Translations under genes and position numbers: made by a program
From: an uncultured Bacilli bacterium
Lineage (GTDB): Bacteria > Bacillota_I > Bacilli_A > RFN20 > CAG-826
Direction: 5' to 3'
DNA length: 64,000 bases
Assembly (NCBI GenBank): GCA_944376605.1
Contig: CALWDE010000010.1
Coordinates: 5,287 to 69,286 of the forward strand
The notes under the pieces: model-generated
Databases searched by the model: none
What the model saw: only the letters and a program-made list of their open reading frames with translations
What the model was told of the DNA's origin: nothing
In this document: piece by piece, positions 47,844-55,790 of the stretch
Layout: every line of letters begins with the position of its first letter
How positions within the stretch are numbered: the stretch's first letter is position 1

Positions 47844-48092
47844 TTATGCTCTTCCGCCAAGTACAAAGAGAAGAAGAATTGCCATGATAAGACAGTAAAT
47901 AGCGGTCGATTCATCTAGAGCAACCGCAATCATCATGGTGCTTTGTAACTTCTTCTGCATATCGGGATTGCGTGACATTCCGTCGATAGCATGGGCGCAG
48001 ATAATACCTTCTCCGATTGCAGAGAGGCAGCCAAGCCCGACACAGATGGAGCAGGCGATGGCAATAAGACCAAGATTAATATCCATAGACAA
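47844..48092 (-). CDS. atpE: Fo ATP synthase c subunit (Na+-type two-carboxylate motif)
   Basis: The 82 aa hairpin has the loop SRNPD. Helix 2 reads ALDESTAIY (E-S-T-x-x-Y) and helix 1 reads AIGEG, with the Glu at the position of I. tartaricus Q32. Confidence 0.85.
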   Translation of the reverse strand: MSMDINLGLIAIACSICVGLGCLSAIGEGIICAHAIDGMSRNPDMQKKLQSTMMIAVALDESTAIYCLIMAILLLFVLGGRA

Positions 48093-48121
48093 TCCTCCTT
48101 ATGGAATCTTAGTGAACAATT

Positions 48122-48970
48122 TTAGGCCCCTTTGGGAAGAGGGTCACGAGAAGCAAGTGGGGCTAAATCTTCTTCCTCTTTACTTGGTACTTCTGCCCCA
48201 ATCCATAACGCATTGAGGTTAACAAACACCAAGGTTTGCACGTAAGAGCTGAAGAGACTGAAGTAGAGATTCAAAACACCCATCACAAACGGGGCAATAA
48301 AGATTTCAGTCCAAACATAACTTTGGTTCACGTCCCAGGCAGGCACATAGGAAGCATGAGCGGCGCTTGTTAATCCGCCCATAAGCTCTAGCAGTCCCCC
48401 TGATGCTGCCCCAAGCGCCCACTGCACCAAAGAAATAATGACCGTTCCTGCCAAACAGTTACCTAATAAACGCATCGTTGTAGAAATAATAGGAGTCCAG
48501 CAAGTAATTAAATTAATAGGAAACCAAATTTTGATTGGTTCGACATATCGATGAAAATATCCCCAGTGATTGGTACGGATTCCTTGATACTGAATCAGAA
48601 CAAACATGATAAGTGCCAAAGATAAGGGGGCAGCAATCCAGTCAACAATGGTAGGTAATCCAAGTAAACCCCAGTTAAAAGCGACAAATAAATAGCAAGT
48701 TAAACCAAATAAATAAGGTTCCCATTTTTTGCCGTATTCTTTCCCCATTCTCTCTGCAGCAAAGCCTTCAATTCCTTCAAAAAGCCAACAAGCATAAAAG
48801 AGAATACCGTGATCCGCTTTTTCTAAATGACCCGTTTTTAAAGCGCGATGCGCTTTGACTCCAATAATTGCCCCAACAATTAAAACGAGAAGCATACATA
48901 AAAGAGAGCTATAAAGATTTGCGTCTAAATTCCAGTCCATCATGGACGCAATTCTCTCTTCAAATGTCAT
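48122..48970 (-). CDS. atpB: Fo ATP synthase a subunit
   Basis: A polytopic protein with the TMRLLGNCLAG motif, which contains the essential Arg. The assignment also rests on operon position. Confidence 0.85.
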   Translation of the reverse strand: MTFEERIASMMDWNLDANLYSSLLCMLLVLIVGAIIGVKAHRALKTGHLEKADHGILFYACWLFEGIEGFAAERMGKEYGKKWEPYLFGLTCYLFVAFNWGLLGLPTIVDWIAAPLSLALIMFVLIQYQGIRTNHWGYFHRYVEPIKIWFPINLITCWTPIISTTMRLLGNCLAGTVIISLVQWALGAASGGLLELMGGLTSAAHASYVPAWDVNQSYVWTEIFIAPFVMGVLNLYFSLFSSYVQTLVFVNLNALWIGAEVPSKEEEDLAPLASRDPLPKGA

Positions 48971-49476
48971 AGCGTATCCTCGTCCCTAATTTCACTAGAA
49001 GGAGTATGGCTTTCTTCCTTCTCATGCGAAACACTCTTCCCCTTCTTTGTACTCAAATAATGGAAAATCCAAGTAACAAGAGGGAAAGGCAACAACGCAG
49101 CAAAACAAGTAAAGAAATTAAAACCAGAAAATCCTCCCCAGATTTCCGGTACGAATGTGCAGATAGCGCTAATGATAAGACCAACAATATAAAGAAGAAA
49201 ACGTACTACAAAAGAGCCCAAAATAAGAAGGGTGCCGCTTGTTTTATCGCTCACTCTTCCTAAAGCTTTCACCATGAGATCCATCGAGATAAAGGCAATA
49301 ATTTCAATAAGAGAACCAAGTAGCCATCCAAGCGGATATGCTCCATAAGAAAAACCATCATTGTCATGGATTAAGAAAAGAGGAATTTGCACGCAAAATC
49401 CAACAATTGCAATTAAAACGAGTATTGCTAAAGATTTTTGGTTCTCGTCCCACTTAAGCCAGCGTTTTACTAACAT
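48967..49476 (-). CDS. atpI: AtpI-like small membrane protein
   Basis: It is the first gene of the atp operon, has four hydrophobic helices, and starts at the ATG at 49476 (a TTG lies at 49479). Confidence 0.5.
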   Translation of the reverse strand: MLVKRWLKWDENQKSLAILVLIAIVGFCVQIPLFLIHDNDGFSYGAYPLGWLLGSLIEIIAFISMDLMVKALGRVSDKTSGTLLILGSFVVRFLLYIVGLIISAICTFVPEIWGGFSGFNFFTCFAALLPFPLVTWIFHYLSTKKGKSVSHEKEESHTPSSEIRDEDTL

Positions 49477-49601
49477 CAATTAAGAGTTTACTCGAATTCG
49501 TTAATTCGGTAAAGCAAGAGAATAACTTTCTGTAAGCGCTTGCACGATTGACACATTTGCTATACTCTTGTGCGTCACAGAGTGATTGTGAGGTAATGAA
49601 A

Positions 49602-51254
49602 ATGAGTTATGTAGTAAAAATAAATGGTGAAGCAAGAACGCTAGAGAAAAAAGCCTCTTTGCTTTCGTTACTAAGCGAAGAAGACAGCAAAGCCAAAAAA
49701 TATATTGCCGCTAAGGTGAATAACAAAACAAGAGAACTTGAATACGAAGTTTATTATGACGCGGAAATTGAATATCTTGATTGTTCTTCGATTGATGCCA
49801 TGAAAATCTATGAAGCCTCCTTGCGCTATGTAGTAGCGATGGCTTTCCATAACTTGTACCCCGAGTTAAAAATTCGTTTTGCCTATAACGTATCAAGAAG
49901 TATCTCCATTCATTTACTTGATCCAAAAGTATGTTCCAATACCAACATGCTCATTCGTGTACGAAAGGAAATTCAGCGCCTTATTGATGAAGATTTGCCT
50001 TTAGTCCGTATGGTTGTACCTAACGAAGAAGCAGAAAAGATTTACAAAGAGAGAGATTATCAAGACAAAATGGACCTATTGAAGTATCGTCCCGAAAAGA
50101 CAGTCCACTTCTATCGATGCGGCGAATATATGAACTATATGTATTGCCGCTTAGTCCCATCCACTGGTTACTTAACTAAGTGGAAATTACTTTTGTACGC
50201 CCCAGGTTTCATGCTGCAATATCCCCGCGCGGAATGTAATGGAGAAATTCCAACCTTTGAAGATGCTCCAACCTTCATGCGGACTTTAAAGGAAAGTCAT
50301 GATTGGGCAAAGATTATTTCTGCAGATACTGTCGGTAAAATTAATGAAAAGATTCAAAAAGCTGGACCAGTGGAATTTATCAATTTATGTGAAGCAAGAC
50401 ATAACAGAATGCTCTGTGAACTTGGCCAGTTAATTGAAGATGATATCGATGATATTCGTTTGATATTTATTGCTGGGCCATCTTCTTCGGGAAAAACTAC
50501 TTTTGCCAACCGTTTACGCATCGAACTTTTATCAAGAGGAATTTCCCCGATTCGTATTTCCATTGATGACTACTATTTGGAAAAGAGCAAAGTCCCTCTT
50601 GGCCCTGATGGAGCGCCAGATTTAGAAAATATTGCTGCTTTAGACATTGAGCAGTTCAATAACGATATGGTTGCTCTTATTTCTGGTGAAGAAGTCGATT
50701 TACCGCGCTTTGATTTCGAACTTGGCCACCAAGTGTTTGGAAGGAAAGTAAAACTAGGGAAAAATCAGCCTATCATCGTGGAAGGTATTCATGCTTTAAA
50801 TGATGCATTAACTCCTTCCATTCCAAATACAGATAAATTTAAGATTTTTATCTCGCCACAAGCGCAAATTAATCTCGATGACCACAACCCTGTTTCTTTA
50901 ACTGATTTACGCCTATTAAGGCGTCTTGTTCGTGATAAAAAATTCCGCGGAGCTCCCGCCGAAGAAACCTTCTCCATGTGGCCCAGTGTTCGCGCAGGTG
51001 AATTTAAATGGATTTACGCTCATCAAGAAGGTGCAGATTTCGTCTTTAATTCGTATCTTCCCTACGAATTACCTGTCATGAAAAATTATGCCATGCCGCT
51101 ACTTACAGCCATTGATAAAGATAGCCCATATTTCATGATTGCAGAGCGGCTTATTCGCATGCTCAAATATTTTGTCGCGTTAGAAGACACTTGGGTTCCA
51201 AGTAACTCTTTAATGCGTGAATTTATCGGTGGTTCTTGCTATAAAGACGTTTAA
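49602..51254 (+). CDS. uridine-kinase-family P-loop protein with long N-terminal domain
   Basis: It has the P-loop IFIAGPSSSGKTTFANRL followed by SIDDYY and IIVEGIHALN. The ATG at 49602 is preceded by GAGG at a suitable spacing; alternative starts are at 49596 and 49548. Confidence 0.65.
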   Translation: MSYVVKINGEARTLEKKASLLSLLSEEDSKAKKYIAAKVNNKTRELEYEVYYDAEIEYLDCSSIDAMKIYEASLRYVVAMAFHNLYPELKIRFAYNVSRSISIHLLDPKVCSNTNMLIRVRKEIQRLIDEDLPLVRMVVPNEEAEKIYKERDYQDKMDLLKYRPEKTVHFYRCGEYMNYMYCRLVPSTGYLTKWKLLLYAPGFMLQYPRAECNGEIPTFEDAPTFMRTLKESHDWAKIISADTVGKINEKIQKAGPVEFINLCEARHNRMLCELGQLIEDDIDDIRLIFIAGPSSSGKTTFANRLRIELLSRGISPIRISIDDYYLEKSKVPLGPDGAPDLENIAALDIEQFNNDMVALISGEEVDLPRFDFELGHQVFGRKVKLGKNQPIIVEGIHALNDALTPSIPNTDKFKIFISPQAQINLDDHNPVSLTDLRLLRRLVRDKKFRGAPAEETFSMWPSVRAGEFKWIYAHQEGADFVFNSYLPYELPVMKNYAMPLLTAIDKDSPYFMIAERLIRMLKYFVALEDTWVPSNSLMREFIGGSCYKDV

Positions 51255-51255
51255 T

Positions 51256-52377
51256 TTATTCTTCCTTTTTCTTCACAAACTTTTTCAGCATCGTAAGAAT
51301 TAATTGATAGCATTCCTTTAGCTGCGAAAAATATAGTTTTCGCATGTTTAAATAACGCTGCTGTTCTTCTTTTTCCGCTCCTGGTAAATATAAAGAGCTA
51401 AATGCTCGTTCTAAGCGGAAGAACGATTCATATAGATTCACTAAAGTTTTGTAATAGAAGAAAGATTTGTTGGAGTAAAGTAGTAAAGGAGAACTATGGG
51501 CAATTTCGGAGCTCGTTTCATACTCTTTTCGATAACGAGATAATCCAGCCGCTCTTTCAATTCCGTCACGGAAATTTAATTTAAATTCAGGATCTTCTTT
51601 TACAAATGGTAAGTCCATCACCCAGCCATACTCAATAAAGCGCTTCATGTCTTTACTTTTTAAGCCGTGTTCTCGCATGCCTTCTTTGATTTCAACAAAA
51701 ACAGAATCCGTCTCTTCTTTGGAAGGAATTTGGCCGCGGAAGGCTAAAGCAAAACGCATATGTTTTAAATAAGCATCTGATGCTGGTTTTCCACCTTTTA
51801 AAATAATTTCCAGAATACATTCATTTTCGTGAAGCGTTCGCCAGGTAGAAAAAGCTTCTGTTTCAAAACCAGAAGTGAGCAAGAAAAGAATGCATCTAGC
51901 CATAGAGAAAGCTTTACGAAGCATATCTACAAGGAGTGTTTGTGCTGGATTGCCGTGTTGATACCTCGCTAACATTCCTAATAAAAAAGAACAATATAGG
52001 TTCAAAGTAGAAATATCAGGCCTAAACCAAGTAGCAAAACTTCTTTCTTTTGGCGCGATATGTTCGATGGTGAGATATTTATCAAGTGATAAGGAGATAA
52101 TTAAAGATTGGTAAGCGTCATCATGAATGAGGTCTTCCTCTTTTTTATCACCGTGAAGACGAAGATAAAAATCGTGCTCATTCACAATGTATAGAGAAAG
52201 AAGAAGTGGATTCACGATGGCTGAACCCAATGCCCCTGTTTTTTCTTCCATTTCTTTGGTTGCACTAATAGCAGCAACAAGACATTGATAAAGAAAAGAA
52301 GCATCATGTCCTTTTGCAACAGTTAGTTTTTGCAAAAAATTTTCAAACCGTTCAAAAGAAATTTCTATTTCCTTCAT
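51256..52377 (-). CDS. hypothetical all-helical protein at the tail of the addBA string
   Basis: A 373 aa ORF that starts 17 nt downstream of the addA stop on the same strand. No catalytic motif recognised. Confidence 0.45.
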   Translation of the reverse strand: MKEIEISFERFENFLQKLTVAKGHDASFLYQCLVAAISATKEMEEKTGALGSAIVNPLLLSLYIVNEHDFYLRLHGDKKEEDLIHDDAYQSLIISLSLDKYLTIEHIAPKERSFATWFRPDISTLNLYCSFLLGMLARYQHGNPAQTLLVDMLRKAFSMARCILFLLTSGFETEAFSTWRTLHENECILEIILKGGKPASDAYLKHMRFALAFRGQIPSKEETDSVFVEIKEGMREHGLKSKDMKRFIEYGWVMDLPFVKEDPEFKLNFRDGIERAAGLSRYRKEYETSSEIAHSSPLLLYSNKSFFYYKTLVNLYESFFRLERAFSSLYLPGAEKEEQQRYLNMRKLYFSQLKECYQLILTMLKKFVKKKEE

Positions 52378-52394
52378 AGAAATATCTTATACCC

Positions 52395-55300
52395 TTAAGA
52401 AGAAAGACACACTTCTTTTGTTTGCTCAGGATGAAGAATAGAAAGTAAGAAACAGCGAACAGATTTGAGTTCTGGGAATGTTTTGCAGATATAAGCCCGG
52501 TAAGTTGCTAATTGCTCTTCATAGGCAGAATCGTGAAGAGAGGAAGTTTTATAGTCGATGATATAAGCTTCCTCCTCAAAAAAGACGAGAAGATCGATTT
52601 GTCCTTTTCTGCCTTCTTCATCCATATAGGAGTACTCCTTCATAATGGCTTTAGCAGTTCGAACTTTTTGCATTAAAGGAGAATTAAAGGCGTTTTGCAG
52701 GGTTTTTTTAACTTTTTCTGATAAAAGAGAGTTAGGGATACCATTTTTCAAATCGGATATTTCGAACGCTCGATGAAGGAAAGTTCCATAAAGTAAAGCC
52801 TTATCATCTATTCTCTCCCCTAACTCTTTACTTGGTTGCTTTATCTCTTCTTTTTTCTTACTTTGAAAAGAAACATGAAGCGTTTCTCCCTCTTCAAGCG
52901 CGTATTGATGCGTATTACCTTTTGTTTGATATTCTCTCCCTAATCTAGCAAGAGAGGGTGCTGGTAATTGAAACTTGCCATAACTTGCGTAGCGAAGCAT
53001 ATCTTCAAAAGAAAGAATCGAGTGAAGGGAGAACTTAATCTTCCCGTCTTCTCCCTCTTCTTGAGAGGAATAATAACTGCCAAAACGGTGAAGGATTGGA
53101 GCGTTTTCTTTCTTTTCATCAAAGACAAATACGCACTGTTTCTCAGCTCGAGTAATTGCAACATAAAATAAACGTACAAGTTCCGATACTGCTTCTTCTT
53201 TTTCACTGCTAGATGATAATAACGCACCTAAAGGTGACAAAGAAACTTGCTTAAATCCTTGACCGACCTTTTTTTGAATAGCATAAGAAGAATTTTTAAG
53301 GATAAGACCATAATCACGGCTTAAAGCGCTGCTATCGCGTTGTAACTTTTTCCAAGAAAGTTCAGGCAGATAAACATAAGGAAACTGTAAACCTTTGGAT
53401 GCATGAATGGTCATAATGCGGATAGGAGAGGTCGAAGTGTTTGAATCTTTGTTTGGAAAAATCACCCCATTATCTTCTGCGCTAGGCTCAGCAGGTAAGG
53501 TTAAAGTAAATTCATTTACGCCTGTTTCTAGAAGAGAGCAAAAATCCGCAAACTTCTTCCCAAGCCCTTCGACTGTTTTAGCATAGTCACGAATGGTTCC
53601 AAGTTGACGATAGCAGGCTTTTAGATTCCCTAAATAAGGCAAATGATCAATCAAAGAAAATTCTTCAATTAATGCCTCTAGCCCTTCAACAGGTGATTTA
53701 TCTCCATAAATATCCGCTAAATTTTTGGTTTTTTGACAAATAGAATGATTTAACCATTCTCCTGTTTGAAAAAGAGTTAAAAGATTTCCTTCGCTTTGTC
53801 CTTCCTCTTTTTTGCCTGTTTCCTCCACAAACAAGAAGGAACGATAGATAGAAGAGAAGGGATGACGCATGAGAGCGAGGATTTTATCTGACTTTTCTTC
53901 ATCAGTCTTTTTTAATTCATAGAAATGATGAACTAATTTAAAAAGTGAAATCAGAGTCATCACTAAGTTTTCTGAATTTAATTCCGTTTCGTTCACTAAA
54001 ACGACAGGCAAGTGATAGTTTGATAAAGCTTTCACATAGAGCAAAAAGTTCGTTTTTGTTCTAACAAGAATAGCAAAGTCTCCAGGTGAAGCTCCTTCAG
54101 ATACACGGCAGGCAATCTCGCCAGCAAGGTATTTTGCTCTACGCTCAGCATTACTCAGTGCAAAATCTTCCTTTTCCCCTTCACCAAATTTAGGACGTTT
54201 TGGAATAAGAAGGGAGAAAAAGCCCGAACTAGGAAGGGAGGTTAACTTTCCTGTTTTCATATTTTGCTTCTCATCGTAATCCACTCCGCCGCATTCTTCC
54301 GACATTAGATTTCCAAATAGATGATTCACTCCATCAATAATCGGCGCATCAGAACGGTAATTTGTGTTCATGTGAATCACTTCAAAGGAAGTGTCGCCAC
54401 TATTTTGGTTTTCTTGATAGCATTTCTCTCTTGCTTGGAATAGTTTTGGGTTGGCTTTACGGAATCGATAAATCGACTGCTTCACGTCCCCTACCATGAA
54501 TAGATGGGAACTCGGATTAAGAGCATGAATCTTATCAATTAAGGCATATTGCAAATCGTTATTATCTTGGCATTCATCAACAAGAATGTGTTCGTAACGC
54601 GTTTGAAAATCTTTTTTTACTCTGTCTTTCTCCAGAGCTTCTAACGCCAGGTGAAAAATGTCACTAAAAGTAAAGATACCTTGTTTCTTTTTATATTCAT
54701 CCATCTGTAAATAAAGAGGAATTGCAAAAGAACAAAGCAAGGTAGAAATTTCTTCTAAACGCTGAGCATCCTCATTTAAAAGGGCAGAAAGAGTTACATT
54801 TCCTCCTTCTTTTTCTACTCCAAATTTTAACCAATCTTCAAAAGAGGATGCACATAGCGCCTTAACCTCGCTTCTCCAAACAGAAGCATCCGTATCTTTT
54901 GGCAAAGCATAGTCATTTTTAGCAACAGGAAAACTAATGTTAGCTTCTAACGCTGCTAATAACACTTCTTTGTCCTTACTAGAAAGGGCATGCAATAACA
55001 CTCCTTTTAATGACTCTACCTGCTTCGTATCCTCGGCAGCGAGTAAGGTATTCCCCTCATCCGTATCGTACAAAGAAATCATCTCTAATGCTTTCTCAAC
55101 GGAGTGAAGTCTACGTCTAATAAGTTCTATTAATTCTTTCCTTATAAAATCATTATCGGAATAAATATGTGGGAATTGCTGTAGATATTCTAATGGGTTC
55201 TCGTGATCATTAGCGCGGTCAAGAAGAGATAAAATCGCCTCTTTTAAAGGCTCATCATTTTTATGAGTAAACGTTTTTAAAAAGCAGTACAAAGGGTCTT

Positions 55301-55790
55301 TTTCTTTATCAAAATCTCTTTCTCTTAGATGCACTATTAACTTCTGATAGGCATCTTCTAAAAGAGAATCAAGCCTTGCATGAACCTCTAGCGATAAGAT
55401 AGTGTCATCTCCAATTTGAATATTTGGAGCAAGATCAAGTTCGGTTCGGTACTCTTTCACAAAAGATAAGGCAAAGGAGTCAAAAGTAGTGATGGCAGCG
55501 CTATCCACTTCGCTTGCCAAACGTAAATATTTTTCTTTCGCTTCCCCTTTTTCTTTTTTGCTCATTTCCATGAAGACATCACGGATTCTCGTTTTCATTT
55601 CAGACGCCGCTTTATTCGTAAAAGTTAAAACGAGCATCTTTGACAAAGGGACATTTAAATCATGAGCAAGATAAGCAACACGGTTTTTAATAACTTTTGT
55701 TTTACCAGAACCCGCTCCTGCCGATAAAAGCAAAGAAGAGGCAGAAGAATAAATTGCCTTTTCTTGTTGAAGATTTGGTTTTTCACTCAT
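52395..55790 (-). CDS. addA: ATP-dependent helicase/nuclease subunit A (AddA/RexA type)
   Basis: It has UvrD-type Walker A SAGAGSGKTKV, LVDECQDNN, and a C-terminal PD-(D/E)XK pattern (GQIDLLVFFEEEAYIIDYKTS). Confidence 0.85.
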   Translation of the reverse strand: MSEKPNLQQEKAIYSSASSLLLSAGAGSGKTKVIKNRVAYLAHDLNVPLSKMLVLTFTNKAASEMKTRIRDVFMEMSKKEKGEAKEKYLRLASEVDSAAITTFDSFALSFVKEYRTELDLAPNIQIGDDTILSLEVHARLDSLLEDAYQKLIVHLRERDFDKEKDPLYCFLKTFTHKNDEPLKEAILSLLDRANDHENPLEYLQQFPHIYSDNDFIRKELIELIRRRLHSVEKALEMISLYDTDEGNTLLAAEDTKQVESLKGVLLHALSSKDKEVLLAALEANISFPVAKNDYALPKDTDASVWRSEVKALCASSFEDWLKFGVEKEGGNVTLSALLNEDAQRLEEISTLLCSFAIPLYLQMDEYKKKQGIFTFSDIFHLALEALEKDRVKKDFQTRYEHILVDECQDNNDLQYALIDKIHALNPSSHLFMVGDVKQSIYRFRKANPKLFQAREKCYQENQNSGDTSFEVIHMNTNYRSDAPIIDGVNHLFGNLMSEECGGVDYDEKQNMKTGKLTSLPSSGFFSLLIPKRPKFGEGEKEDFALSNAERRAKYLAGEIACRVSEGASPGDFAILVRTKTNFLLYVKALSNYHLPVVLVNETELNSENLVMTLISLFKLVHHFYELKKTDEEKSDKILALMRHPFSSIYRSFLFVEETGKKEEGQSEGNLLTLFQTGEWLNHSICQKTKNLADIYGDKSPVEGLEALIEEFSLIDHLPYLGNLKACYRQLGTIRDYAKTVEGLGKKFADFCSLLETGVNEFTLTLPAEPSAEDNGVIFPNKDSNTSTSPIRIMTIHASKGLQFPYVYLPELSWKKLQRDSSALSRDYGLILKNSSYAIQKKVGQGFKQVSLSPLGALLSSSSEKEEAVSELVRLFYVAITRAEKQCVFVFDEKKENAPILHRFGSYYSSQEEGEDGKIKFSLHSILSFEDMLRYASYGKFQLPAPSLARLGREYQTKGNTHQYALEEGETLHVSFQSKKKEEIKQPSKELGERIDDKALLYGTFLHRAFEISDLKNGIPNSLLSEKVKKTLQNAFNSPLMQKVRTAKAIMKEYSYMDEEGRKGQIDLLVFFEEEAYIIDYKTSSLHDSAYEEQLATYRAYICKTFPELKSVRCFLLSILHPEQTKEVCLSS

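Noticed and set aside
49493-49508. An inverted repeat CGAATT-cgtt-AATTCG lies just upstream of the atp operon start.
   Set aside because: It is a short 6 bp AT-rich stem of a kind expected by chance in low-GC DNA. I found no second copy or associated promoter hexamers.
49549-49566. TTGACA and TATACT hexamers upstream of the uridine-kinase-like gene look like a consensus promoter.
   Set aside because: The spacer between them is only 7 nt. An alternative pairing (TTGCAC at 49540, a 15 nt spacer, and TGc-TATACT as an extended -10) is possible, but it is too weak to report as a feature.
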